A stretch of DNA of 64,000 nucleotides from Sarea resinae (Eukaryota). Numbering within the stretch: position 1 is the stretch's first letter; each line of letters opens with the position of its first letter. Position numbers and translations under genes: made by a program. Below the pieces are notes generated by a model, which worked only from the letters and a program-made list of their open reading frames with translations, made no database searches and was not told where the DNA came from. Of the stretch, positions 49,928 through 62,284 are shown in pieces. The stretch spans positions 124,001 to 188,000 of the forward strand of contig JAPEUD010000004.1 of NCBI GenBank assembly GCA_026026165.1, given 5' to 3'.

Positions 49928-51097
49928 TCACAAGCTCACCCCAGACATCAGATGCACATTCACAGGCGTCAATGCCTCTCCGGTCTCGAAAAATGACAGG
50001 ATATTCTCCATGCCCAGCCTCTCGAACCCAACATGGCTTTCCACCGATGCCCCGCCGGTATGCGATAGCACCTCCACGTTCTCCAAGGCCACTAACTTGG
50101 GATTGACATTCGGCTCGTCGAAATGCACGTCTAGCCCTGCAGAAACCAGATGGCCACTCTCTAGCGCAGCCACGAGGGCATCCTCATCGATGAGTTTGCC
50201 GCGCGCCACGTTCACGAGTCGCGACCCGGGCTTCATCTTCGCGATGTGTGATGCCTCGAGCACCTTTGTGCCCTCAAAGGGTGTAGCCACGAGCACAGCA
50301 TCCGAGACCGCGAGCATGTCGTCCAGATGTTCGTAAAAGGTCGCGCCGCCTATGGAGGCTTCCTCGGCCGGCGAGCGGCGCACGCGGTCGTTGTAGACGA
50401 TGCGCATGTTTAGGGCTAGGTGGGCCTTTTGCGCAGTGCGGAAGCCGATGTTGCCTAGGCCTATGATGCCGAGGATGTGCCCGGCCGGGTTGTGCGTGTG
50501 TGATGCGAGGGTGCGGCAGGTTGTCGCAAAGCGGGTTGGGCTGAGAGAGCGGGCGGAGAGGGAGGAGAGGATCAGGAGGCGGAAGGCGGAGATCAGGAGG
50601 TAGATGGCTACGTCCGCGACAGATTCCGCGCAGGCAGGGGAGCCGTTGCAGTAGATGATCCCTTCAATGTCGGTCAGCTGAGAAGAGGCTTCCTTGCTTG
50701 TAAGGGATCATACCGCTCTCGGCCAACCGTTTGGTGTCGACCCAATCGAAGCCCGCGCCTGCGCTGACGGAGATCTTGACGGACCGAGGAAGCAGTGAGC
50801 TGGACGGAAGAAAGTCACGTTAGCCGGTTGCCCACGATATCAAACCAGAAGGGCCTGGAGGGGCATTTACATCAGCTCGTCGTCCCAATTGCCCATCTCG
50901 CCGCCGGTGTTCCAGAAGGGGCGATAGATGGCGACGAAGTCACCAAAGCGCTTCTCACGGAGAGCGGCGAGGAAATCTGGACGCGACAGGCTACCACTGC
51001 GCACGACCGTAAACTTGGAATTCAACTCCTCGTAGAGAGCGTGGTTCCATTTGATAGGATCTCCCAGATGGAGGACGATGGGTTTGGTGCCGGACAT
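49928..51097 (-). CDS. D-isomer-specific 2-hydroxyacid dehydrogenase (D-mandelate dehydrogenase/glyoxylate reductase-like)
   Basis: SAGAGFDWVD, Rossmann LGIIGLGNIG, MKPGSRLVNVARGKLIDE, AGLDVHFDEP, LSHTGG; two introns. Confidence 0.92.
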
Positions 51098-51861
51098 TGC
51101 ACAGAAGGGTTCAGAGATAGGATGAGAGTGTCAGGTATGGTTGATAGATGGATTGATTGATTTGAGTGAGTTGGATCGGATTGCGTCTGACGGGTCAGAT
51201 GCGAGGAGGTGAACTCGTGAAGCAATTGACAAGTGATGAGAGTATATTTCCTCGCCCGCCATGAATGAATGGTAAACGGTAGATGGTGAATGAGGTGTAC
51301 TGGACTGTCGATCTAACATCTAACCATCTAATCATCTAACCATCCACCCATCTGCCCCCCCCCTGCTCCTGCCGCCTGCGACTTGGTGGGCGTCATCCCG
51401 ACTGCCATGATGGCCAGGGATTCAAGTGACCGTCGGGCTTGTGTGGCGGAGAGGAAGATTCGGGCTTCCTGGTCAGACGCGATGCCGCCGATTACGGGCA
51501 GCGGAGGTGTTGACGGTTGGCGTTGTCGGCTCGGGAACGGAGATCGTCCAAGTCTCTACTCCATACAAATGGCGTCAGGCAGCCCAGGGCTAAGTAAGGT
51601 AGGCGTCACCAGCATTCGCGAATCTACTATCTAGGCCGGGGTCGACCTCCTACCCGACACCACGACTTCAAGCTCCCCTGAAGCTCGACCGCCGATGATT
51701 TCCATCGCCACGCCGTCTGCGTTTGCTGAGTGTCGCCATTCATGTCATGCATGATTGAAGGCTGCTCATAGACATTGCAGCGCACCAGGGCCGGCCGGGC
51801 CAAAGACCCTTTCTGCGCGAATGAAGGAGACTCACATGTCGACTGTGGGTTTCCTCCGGTG

Positions 51862-54800
51862 ATGCCCTCGACATGGCAGCGTTCTCGCGGGCAAGATTCT
51901 TCTGCAAGGTCCGGTGCACTGCTCCACTGGGCACCAACCCCCATATGGGTCTGCGTCGTGGTCCTTTTGCTATGGGCCTCCGTCGCTTGTGGCATGACGG
52001 ATGCCGAAATCGAGGGGTTGAGGTTCGTTCATCTTTGATGTGGCCGCTTTCCCACGGTCACGCTGACTAGGGCACTATAGGCAAGAAACCGTGGATATGT
52101 TCTTCCATGGCTACAACAATTACATGGACCATGCTTTCCCCGAGGATGAGCTACGACCAATAACTTGCAAACCTCTGTCGCGGGACCGAGAAAACCCCGC
52201 TCATGTCGAGCTAAACGATGTCCTGGGCAACTATTCGTTAACTCTCATCGACAGCCTTTCCACGCTTGCTATCATGGCCTCTTCCTCTTGGGACGCTCGC
52301 GGCAGGAACAAGGCGCTGGAGCAATTTCAAGAAGGAACGGCCTTACTTGTGGAGCACTATGGGGACGGTACAGAAGGATCGAATGGCCTGGGATCACGCG
52401 CTCGCGGCTTTGATGTTGATAGCAAGGTTCAAGTCTTCGAGACTGTCATTCGGGGCGTGGGGGGACTCCTCAGTGCACACCTTTTTGCCATAGGCGAGCT
52501 TCCCATAAGGGGTTACCGTCCATATTCTCAGGGAGAGGGGCGTTCTGGTTCGGAAGGGAGAGCGCCTGCCATTATCGAATGGCCGAATGGATTTCGATAT
52601 GATGGGCAGCTACTACGGCTTGCCTATGACCTTGGCAAACGATTACTTCCTGCGTTTCATACACCAACTGGCATGCCCTATCCCCGGGTTAATTTGCGGC
52701 ATGGCATTCCGTTCTATGCGAATTCGCCCCTCAATCTTGATGCCGAAAACGGCCAATGCAAGACCTCGACACGGACTCAAGAAGAGATCACAGAAACATG
52801 TAGTGCTGGTGCCGGTTCTCTTGTATTAGAATTTGCAACGTTGAGTAGGCTTACCGGCGATGATCGCTTCGAACGACTTGCGAAGCGGGCTTTTTGGGCG
52901 GTGCTAAGCAGAAGGAGCAATGCGGGGCTTGTAGGCTCCGGGATTGATGCGGAAACAGGTCATTGGATTGGGCCTTATACGGGTGTAAGTTCTCTTATTG
53001 CCCCTCACAGGTATTACCGCAGCTTGGCGCTTACTGGCCGATGAAGATTGGCGCTGGCATCGACAGCTTCTTTGAATATGCGTTGAAGTCTCATGTTCTC
53101 TTGTCTGGATTGGACAGTATCGAATCAAATAGTAGCAACCCTTTGGCCAGCACTACGGCAGACCCTCATATATCGTTTCCGGCTTGGGATGGCCCGGAGA
53201 TCTCATCCACCGCTTTTCTGGAAGCTTGGCATGATACACACTCTGCGATCAAAAGACATCTCTACCGTGGTCGGGAGTATCAGCACCCACATTACATCCA
53301 AGCCGACTTATCGACGGGGGCTATGCGAGCCTTCTGGCTTGACAGTTTGAGCGCCTACTATCCTGGGCTCTTGACTTTAGCTGGACAGCTGGATGAGGCC
53401 ATTGAAGCACATCTGCTCTATACGGCTTTATGGACTCGATTTTCTGCTTTACCCGAAAGATGGTCTACAGCTACGGGGAACATTGAAGGCGGCCTTGGCT
53501 GGTGGGGCGGACGCCCTGAATTTATCGAGTCGACTTGGTATCTTTTTAGGGCCACCAACGATCCTTGGTACTTACATGTCGGCGAAATGACTCTTAGAGA
53601 TATCAAACGCAGATGTTGGACCAAGTGCGGGTGGGCAGGATTGCAAGATGTCAGGACTGGCGAACATAAAGACCGCATGGAAAGCTTTTTCTTGGGTGAA
53701 ACCGCCAAATACCTATTTTTACTCTTTGATCCATCCCATCCTTTGAATACTTTGGATGCGCCATATGTCTTCACCACCGAGGGTCATCCACTCATCATTC
53801 CTCGTGCACGTCGAAAAGCCTCGCGAAAATACAAATCCTCTCGAGAAGGTGGCGATTCCATGGATACGATTAACGATGCCGTATGCGCTGTCCCATCGGC
53901 GCATCTGCCTTTCACCATCTCTGCTACGGCGGCCAGAGGCGACTTATTTCATGCCGGAAGTCTCGCCAGGCTTCATCTAATGCCCAACATCAGCACTCTC
54001 AATTCACCTCTGGTTGAGTATGCGATGGACCATCCGAGCATCTCCTTATCTGATCTACAATCGCCGACTAATTACACGTTCTTCCCGTGGACTCTGCCCC
54101 CTTATCTAATTCCGTCTAATGGCACGTGCTCCAAGATGTTCACTAAAACGACCTTTGACATATCGTTCCCTACCTTGTCCAGTACCATCCTAGGTCCTGG
54201 TAGTTTATCACGCATAGAGGATGGAATAGTCGTGACTTCAATGAGTGGGCTCAGACTTGGCATGATCCGAGAACTGTCTCTTGACCACGATCCTAACGGC
54301 GTCGAAGTATTTCGGATCTACGCCGTTTCTCATATCGCTCTAGGGAGAGACGAGAAGGTCTATGTTTCTCGAGACATAATGACCGGATTCAATTCCCTAG
54401 ATCCAAATTTTACCCGTCTTCGTGATCCCTCCTGGCTCGATCTTGTCGTCGACTTTTCGCCTCCGATCGAGGCAGATCAGAATGTCACAGCACCGGATTA
54501 TCCTTCTCTCAGTGACGATGAAGATTCAGGCGACACTCCAAATATCGTCTTCTCGGAAGATTACGACCCCGAAAGTGAAGGCGGCTCAGCTTCGAACATG
54601 CGCATCGCCATCAACGCTCTACTTCAGCACATATCCACTCTCCTGAGCGACTCTACCATCTCCGCATCCCCTGTCGACCACCTTCGCGAAGCCCTACCGG
54701 CGATCATTGCCACCGGAAACGGTGCAGCGCCTATGCCCGATGTCGAAGAGGCAGCTTACCCCTCTGACACCAGCGCCACCTTCCCCGTGCCTCTGCTCTG

Positions 54801-55215
54801 GAATACCATCTACATTAGCGATGATACCTGTACTGCCACACTACCAGCGCATATCCCCCGCACGCACCAGATCATTGTCATGAAACGCGGCGGCTGTTCC
54901 TTCAGCCGCAAGCTCCAAAACATCCCCAGCTACCCACCGTCCTCTGAAGCGCTGCAACTCGTGATTGTGGTGTCCTATCCCGAAATGGATGATCGTGGCC
55001 GGCTTCGACCCGAGGGCTGGCTGATTCAGCCGTTGCTCGAGGACCAGCAGACTTCCAAGTCAGGCATCCCACGCCGTAATCCTATTCCTCTAGTCATGAT
55101 GGGTGGTGGCGACGAGACGATAGACCTTTTCAAGCGTGTCAAAGCCTTAGGTTTTAGGAGGAGGTACCAAGTTTCGAGCCAGGGCATCCCTATCTCGAAC
55201 CTTGTTGTCCTTTAA
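51862..55215 (+). CDS. MNL1: GH47 EDEM/Mnl1(Htm1)-like ERAD alpha-mannosidase with C-terminal PA-like domain
   Basis: MFFHGYNNYMDHAFPEDELRP, SLTLIDSLSTL, VQVFETVIRGVGGLLSAH, IGAGIDSFFEY, RPEFIESTWY, DRMESFFLGETAKY, FTTEGHP, MKRGGCSFSRK; start codon less certain. Confidence 0.9.
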
Positions 55216-55586
55216 GCCGAAAGTTCAATTTCTCTTTATCGAAAAGCATTTCACGAGCAGACACCTCTCAAATACGAAAGTTTGGCAGAAGCCTTGAGTT
55301 CAGGTAGCGTTGTTATATTCTGACTGTACAGCTTTTGATTATATTTCTCTGTACAATTTTCTTGAGCGTACAGCCTTCGTCTACGTACGACCTAGCAGCA
55401 GAGTGTGAGGCGTACACTTGCGAAACACGAACAGAATGATACCCATATTGCTAAATCTGTACTGAGGCCCATGGAGCATGTAAGAAGGGAATTGATTCGG
55501 TTGCAATTTGGCGGTTTACTGGGTCGTCTAGTGCGAAAACTTGGGGTGGCTTGATAAGGTACTCAAGACAGTGTTATTCCAAGCAA

Positions 55587-55665
55587 GGCAAGATGGCCGA
55601 GTGGTTAAGGCGCTGGATCCAGGTTCCAGTGGGAAACCGCGTGGGTTCGAGTCCCACTCTTGTCA
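55587..55665 (+). tRNA. tRNA-Leu(CAG), intronless, with C at position 33
   Basis: Acceptor GGCAAGA/TCTTGTC+A73; D arm GCC GAGTGGTTAA GGC; anticodon stem CTGGA/TCCAG with loop TC-CAG-GT; variable arm TGG GAAA CCG; T arm GTGGG TTCGAGT CCCAC; T runs from 55671. Confidence 0.93.
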
Positions 55666-56391
55666 TTATCTTTTGCTCTTTCTTTTTTTAGTATTATCGC
55701 CTTTGAGCCGTGTGCCCTTCCAAGGACATTAATACTAAAAGAAAGATTCGCAGTTGCGTGCTATTTGGTGGATCGCCGTTGATGAGGTGTCTGAACTTCG
55801 CTGTGTAAAAAAGTCCGTGGACTTTTGGTCTCGCGTGCAGAAAGCGAGCAGTACGAAAGCTGGAACGTGAGCATGGGAGACTACCAGTACTCAGTACGCA
55901 GTACCGCATGTTGTGGCGGTGTAATCATCCGTACTTCACCTACCTAAACAGGCAAGGCGGATCAGTGGGATATTGCTCCGGCGGCCCCGCCAAATGGCGG
56001 CGCTGGAGCTGGTGCGGGTTCGACAGAATTGTAACCCGGTAGGAGGTACGTACGACTGATTTCGTGTGTTTGGTGACATGTAAGGGGAAATGGGCAAAGT
56101 CTACGAGTACATAGCTACGTAATGGAGCACCCGTTCATTGTCGTATCTCACGAATCACGTCTATTATCATCATCGACATCATCTTCATGTCTCGTGGCCG
56201 ACAACAACCTCTATGAACTTCGATCCAATTGCCTTTCTTTCTTCGTCTCTTCTCCTGAGAGCTATGCGAGCTTCTCTCCTCCTTGATATAGCCCGCAATT
56301 GCTGCTGAAGAACCCGCAGTATTCCGTGTTCTCTAGCTCGATCTAGCTCGACTTACCGCATGTTGTCGACGTGCGGCCTCCCGTTGCCGTG

Positions 56392-58329
56392 ATGATTCTC
56401 CCAACGGTGGGCCATAATGATCAATTGTCATCTCCTCGATTTTCGTGCTGGTTTGTGCTTTGTGTGATTACAGTCGTATTGTTGTTATCTGTCGATGCAT
56501 CCTTTGCGAGGCCGGAAGACGTCGCCAAACGGCGTCAGCTTGACACTTTAGAAGATGGGCCGGGACCTATCTACGACTCCGAATCCGATTCCGATACGTT
56601 TGCCTCTGCACAGCAACTCCCATTAGGCCAATTGGACAGTCATGATAGTGAAAGATCCCGCGCTGAATTAAAAGAGGCACATGGAGCGGAGAATGACGGT
56701 CATTTCGGTACCATCAGCACGCTGCCCGCCCTGGTCCGTGCCCTTGATGTGATGCAGTCACATTATTTCGAAATATGGCAGGGCTCATGGCCTGACGCGA
56801 TAGACTGGACTGCTGCAGTTCTAGGCACCTACGTTTCTGCAGCTCTGTTCACCCTGTCGACCACTCTCGAATATGTCGTGCCTTCCACCGCCAGTGGCGG
56901 TGTGAGCAGCCTCAATGCCGAAGCACAGGCTCACGAGAATCTCGTCAGCAGGCACTTTACACAACTAACGGCCTTTTACTTTGGTGAAAACGATTTTAGC
57001 CTTCGCAATCAAGCCTATGATGACATGCTATGGGTTGTGCTTGGCTGGCTTGAGAACATCAAGTTCATCAATCTCCACAATTCCCTGCATTACTCGAGTG
57101 CGGAGATGAAGTTGTATAATTCTTCCACGTGGTATGGTTCTCAATTTATATCCTCGTTTGCTCACCGTGCCCGGCTGTTCTACGATCTCGCCTCTCATGG
57201 CTGGGACACGTCTCTGTGCGGCGGCGGGATGGTATGGTCTCCGTACCTGACACCTTACAAGAACGCCATTACAAACGAGCTCTTCATTGCAGCTTCAATA
57301 AGCATGTACCTTCATTTCCCTGGCGACGATAATCCATCACCGTTCTCCACCGGACCGACCTCTGAGAGTCTGAAACCCGCAAAACCGCACGATCCGAAAT
57401 ATCTCAAAGCGGCCGTCGATGGCTATATGTGGCTCAGCACGAGCAACATGACCAACGATCGAGGTCTTTTCATCGACGGCTTTCATATCCATCGATGGGG
57501 CCGTAACGGTAGCACCGGCACTGGCAAGTGCGACGTCAGAAACGAGATGGTCTATACATACAACCAAGGCGTTTTACTTTCGGGTCTCAGGGGTTTGTGG
57601 GAAGGTACGGGCGCGAGGAGTTATCTAGAAGACGGCCATGCCCTCGTGCGTAACGTCATATCGGCGACGGCATGGAGTCTGGACGACGACGCCGACCCCG
57701 ACAAACAAAAAACAGACAAATGGGCAGGACTAGGCCGCAATGGCATTCTAGAAGAAGTCTGCGATGCCACCGGCTCGTGCTCACAAAACGCCCAGACATT
57801 CAAGGGTATATTTTTCCATCATCTCACACTCTTCTGTCATCCGTTGCCCGAATACTCCATCGATCTAGGAATTTCGCACGCTGCAGACAAGGATCTGATA
57901 AGATTACATGATCGAAGCTGCGCTGAGTACGCGCCGTGGGTCACACATAACGCGCAGGCCGCTTTGAAGACACAGGACCGGAATGGCGAATTTGGGACGT
58001 GGTGGGGCGCCCATGAGGGCCATGGCAAAAGCCAGCAAAAGGAAGATTCGGAGATGCCCAAGGGCAGCATCGATTATCGTAATCTAGGGGTCCCTGAAGA
58101 CTTGGAATGGAGGGTAGAAATGGACGATCGAGTGCGTTCGTCTGAGGATCTAATGGGCACGGCGATGGGGATCGATTCAGATTCTTCTTCTCCTTCACCT
58201 TCCGGTGCAAGTGTGGCCGAGGACTTGAATGATCGGGGCCGAGGCAGGACGGTCGAGACGCAGGGTGGCGGTGTTTCCGTCCTGCGAGCTATGTGGGAGA
58301 TTGCTGATTCTCGTGGCCGGGGTAGCTAA
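56392..58329 (+). CDS. Glycoside hydrolase family 76 protein
   Basis: N-terminal hydrophobic segment; AYDDMLWVVLGWL, WDTSLCGGGMVW, YKNAITNELF, YTYNQGVLLSGL, FKGIFFHHL. Confidence 0.9.
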   Translation: MILPTVGHNDQLSSPRFSCWFVLCVITVVLLLSVDASFARPEDVAKRRQLDTLEDGPGPIYDSESDSDTFASAQQLPLGQLDSHDSERSRAELKEAHGAENDGHFGTISTLPALVRALDVMQSHYFEIWQGSWPDAIDWTAAVLGTYVSAALFTLSTTLEYVVPSTASGGVSSLNAEAQAHENLVSRHFTQLTAFYFGENDFSLRNQAYDDMLWVVLGWLENIKFINLHNSLHYSSAEMKLYNSSTWYGSQFISSFAHRARLFYDLASHGWDTSLCGGGMVWSPYLTPYKNAITNELFIAASISMYLHFPGDDNPSPFSTGPTSESLKPAKPHDPKYLKAAVDGYMWLSTSNMTNDRGLFIDGFHIHRWGRNGSTGTGKCDVRNEMVYTYNQGVLLSGLRGLWEGTGARSYLEDGHALVRNVISATAWSLDDDADPDKQKTDKWAGLGRNGILEEVCDATGSCSQNAQTFKGIFFHHLTLFCHPLPEYSIDLGISHAADKDLIRLHDRSCAEYAPWVTHNAQAALKTQDRNGEFGTWWGAHEGHGKSQQKEDSEMPKGSIDYRNLGVPEDLEWRVEMDDRVRSSEDLMGTAMGIDSDSSSPSPSGASVAEDLNDRGRGRTVETQGGGVSVLRAMWEIADSRGRGS

Positions 58330-58752
58330 GTTGCTGGTTCGCTAAATGGGATTCTATATCCTATCGCACTTTCTTTTGCTTTTCTAGTCCCGACTTCTCT
58401 CGCTCTCTTGACTATTCGTCAATAGGCGGAGAGCGGGAGGGAGACTGAAAATCTTTCGCAATAGGGTTAGCTGGCTGGATTACGTTTGATTTGTTTCCGT
58501 TGGGGCCTTTCATGGAGTGTGATGTTTGGGAATATGGGCGACATTGTGTTTTTCCTTTGTTTTTGGCGACGATGTTCTCCATTCGATGATGTATGGCCGG
58601 TTATGGCAATGTGTGTATATATGTATGTGAAAACGAAGACTAGTACGAGAGAGGTCATCCTACACACCCTGACTTCAGTGACAGAGCTGGGCCTTTCAAA
58701 ATTACTGTTAGGGTCATTACAACCTCTGATTTAGTTATCACTACTACCTCAA

Positions 58753-59540
58753 TTAAGGCAACGCCACACACTCGATCTCAACCGGCACCCCCTTGGGCAG
58801 CTCCTTGACAGCAACACAGCTCCTCGCCGGCTTATTGGTAAAATGCTTCACATACTCGTCGTTCATGGCGGCAAAATCGCCCATGTCGGCCAGAAAGATG
58901 TTGACTTTGACCACCTTGTCGAGGTTGCTGCCGGCGGCCTCGAGCACGGCGCGGATGTTGGCAATCACGGCCGCCGTCTGCACGGCGATGGAGCCTCCCA
59001 CTGGCTGCGCTAGCGGCGAGAAGGGGATCTGTCCGGATACGTAGATGGCGTGCGGCGTGCGGATGGCTTGGGAGTAGGGTCCCGCGGCTGCATATTACGG
59101 CGGAAGGGAATGTTAGAGAAGAGTTTTGGTTTGGTAGGGGAGTACGTGCGAGGAAGCGGGGGTGCAGAGAAGACTCTAGAGGTGGACGCCGATCCCTAGA
59201 GCTTGACGGGAGATGCAAGCAAGTCCCCCATTGATCGCTACAGGACGGGGACAGGACAGGCAAAGAGCAAATCGCACGACTTACGCGGACAAGCCTTGTC
59301 GGTCGAGATGTGCTCGATACCCGGAACGGACGAAGCAGATGCCATGGTGCGTCTCTGCTGTTGATGCTGTCGTCGTTGCGAAGGCGCGGGGACGGCACTG
59401 AGTCGAGGGGATCCAGAAGATCCGAATGCGCGCTTGGGAGGTGCAAGAGCGAGACGGTGGATGGTGGGGAGGGACGAGGTTCGGGATGATAGCTGCTGCG
59501 AGGTCTTGGTGAGCAGGAGACTGAGCTTCGGCGTTGCCAT
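58753..59540 (-). CDS. MMF1: RidA/YjgF/YER057c imine deaminase (Mmf1-like); second in-frame ATG at 59345
   Basis: ACPPAGPYSQAI, IYVSGQIP, VVKVNIFLADMGDFAAMN, PARSCVAVKELPKGVPVEIECVA; Arg/Ser-rich presequence; one intron. Confidence 0.92.
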
Positions 59541-62284
59541 TGACGGATGGACGGACGACAGGCAGACGGGGGGCTTGGGCGAATGGGGGCTTTGAGGTTG
59601 ATGACGAGGAGGGATGAAGATGGAGACGGGGGAAGGTGATGGTGGTGATGATAATGATGCTCTTGATGAGTCAATGGATGGTGTGCATTGGGTAGAAGAA
59701 GTTCAATCTCACCAGAAGCTGGAACCAGGCTGGCTTACGTTAGAGCTTCTTTTTGGCGTGTAAGTGTTTGCTGTGTGTGTGTGACGACGGACGGCGTGAG
59801 TTTGGGGGCTTCTAGTACCAACGGAGGTTGAAAAGGTACGAGCGAAGTCGGAGTTCGATGCTTGCGATTGAAGCCAAGACCCAAGGTCGCTTTGTACAAA
59901 CAAGTACCTTGTCCCTGGATAGCGCCGGCATCTACCCGTGGCTCGCGTGCGCACGTTCTTCGCGGACCAAGAGCCTAAGATTGATCGATTGATGGATTGA
60001 TTGATGCTCTCCAAGGATTCCTGATAAAGAAGGGACCTTTGGAAGTGATTACTTTGTTCTGTGAATATAGTCATTATTCATTCGGACCTACAAATATGCC
60101 TCAGCGGACCTGTAGCATTGAGAGAGCCTCGTGGGCGATTTCAACTTCTTTTAATCTACCTTTCTCGGCCTTTGCCTCTGTTTACTGCCATAAATTCTTC
60201 TTTTTCGTCGCGCTCCAAGAACAATAAAGCGACATACCGGGATTGCAAAGCACGCAGCCGTAGGAACGATCGCAGCCTTTATGCACATAACATCTTGCAA
60301 GTCTTTTGTACAAATGGAAGAGGAAGAGATTTGGCATCGTTTAATAGCCCCCAATCTACTACCATCGCTGCCATCATCGTGACAAAGACCATATGGCCTT
60401 TTACCTTGCAAGCAAACTCTTCTTTCATCGCTATACAGAATCAGAGCCCTCATGCACGAAGCAGCGAACAGCCCAGCCTCTGCACCCTCATCATCTCACC
60501 TCTCTGCCACCTTTGCTCCACCGTGCCAATATTCCGATCCCAAAGGGATAAAAATAAAAATGAAAATCCACCTAGATAATAATAGGAAGACGGTCGAACG
60601 GACAAGAGGAGGTCTCGTAAGCCACATCGTCTCATCCAGGAAATGGGAACCCGCAGGGCTACAGAGGAAGATCTATCTATACCCGTTCATGCAGATGGCA
60701 TCCATGCGCGAGTGCGAGTGGTGCGTGTGCGTGGGCCGTGGGCCGCGTGCGCAATCCCCACAATCTATTTGTGGATCTCCATGTTGTGGCCGCCGAGCGA
60801 AGGGTACCTAGCTGAAGTAGGTAGGCATGTAGATGTGCTTCGGTAACAAGACCCCTTCCTATGGATGCTCTACAGCATCGGAACAGGGTCGAGGAGTAAG
60901 GTATTGATGCAAGGCGAGATGAGGTAAGGGAAGGTAAAGGACAGCACAGGTCAGCCCAGGTAAGCCCAGTAAGAAAGCAGTGTAAGGAGGTAGTGATGTA
61001 CGAAGTACGAAGTAGGTAGGTAGGTCATGTAGGTAGCCGCCCCGCCCGACCGTTCGCCCGGGCGCGGATATGGATTAACCCATAGCCTGTCATGGTCGCA
61101 CCAGCAGAGATGCCGCCGAGAGCCCGAAGGTCCGGATTTCACCTCGGGGTATCCTTAGTCGCAGCGGCGTGCATGCGAGCAGCCCTACCTACCACCGGGC
61201 AGTCTTGCTTGTTTCTTGTATTGGTCGTTTCCGTGATAAGGTGTGGGATCGAGTGATATAGATCAATGTCTCAGCGAGGACAGCCAAAAATGAAGATCTT
61301 ATGATGCATGCATGCATGCGCATCCGCCGGTGCTTGCATTTGATGTGCGAACGTGAAGCCTGCGCTTGTACCCTTGACATGTTCCAATCTAAGCCCCGCG
61401 ATATCCATGTGTGATTCTCCACCGCAATTCTGACTTACCCCATCTAACGAGCACCCATTGTATCAAGAATACAGTTGAGCGTAGGACCATCAAAGACGGA
61501 ATTAGACCCCATAGCAGATCTGGCTTCGGCTTCACGCCGGTCAAAGAGTAGTATTATGCCAATGATATGTGATGCCAACAGCAAAAAGTCAAAATCTCCT
61601 CTGTATGACATCATTGAACAAGGCAATAAAAACCAGAGTGTTTTTTGGGAAACAAAACCACCACGGGTAATTTAATCGTACACATGCCTAGCGGCTACGG
61701 CGCTGAAAGGCTATAGATGAAAAGTTACGCCAGTAGATCATAACGTAGAAAAGAGATCGGGCTATACAGCAGGCCGGAACAACAAGTGGTAAGCATACCA
61801 GAGTTCCAGTCCGCACGTAGAGCCATGCAAGTAGAGTTGTGTAATAGAAGTGATAGATGCAGAAATACAGAGCCAATACTTTGACTCAAGTTAGAAAAAT
61901 GAGGTGGTCGTTCAATCATACGCGCATTAGTCGCTGGTAGATGGAGATGCTTTCGGCAAAATCAGAAGTAGAAATCTCCCCTTAGATGAAACAAAGAATT
62001 GAAGTTGATGAGAAATTGATGAGAAATACGTTGTGACTTTCATAGATACGCCGGCGACCAAACGCCTGAAATGAGAAAAGAAGGAAGACACGCGCCCAAA
62101 AGTTGCTTGTTTATTGCTCATGATCGGAGAATGGCTGAAGAAACGAGCAGTAAAACTTTCAGATAGTAAAGCCGTAAAAACGTAAGCAAAAAGGAATTTA
62201 GTCCGAGATGAAAACAAATAGTCACTTCAATAATAGGAAGAAGTAGAGCCAGCTCGAGATTCAATGGGTGGGTGTTCGTGTCGG

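Noticed and set aside
51862..58329. GH47 plus GH76 as a mannan-degradation cluster
   Set aside because: The GH47 is an ER quality-control EDEM type; adjacency alone does not show a shared pathway
58461..58470. CTAACCCTAT on the - strand as a telomerase RNA template
   Set aside because: Single match in the short gap between convergent GH76 and MMF1; no room or supporting structure
60441..60494. Minus-strand ATGATGA...CTGA pair
   Set aside because: Short (54 nt), weak terminal stem, no guide I can match to rRNA or snRNA
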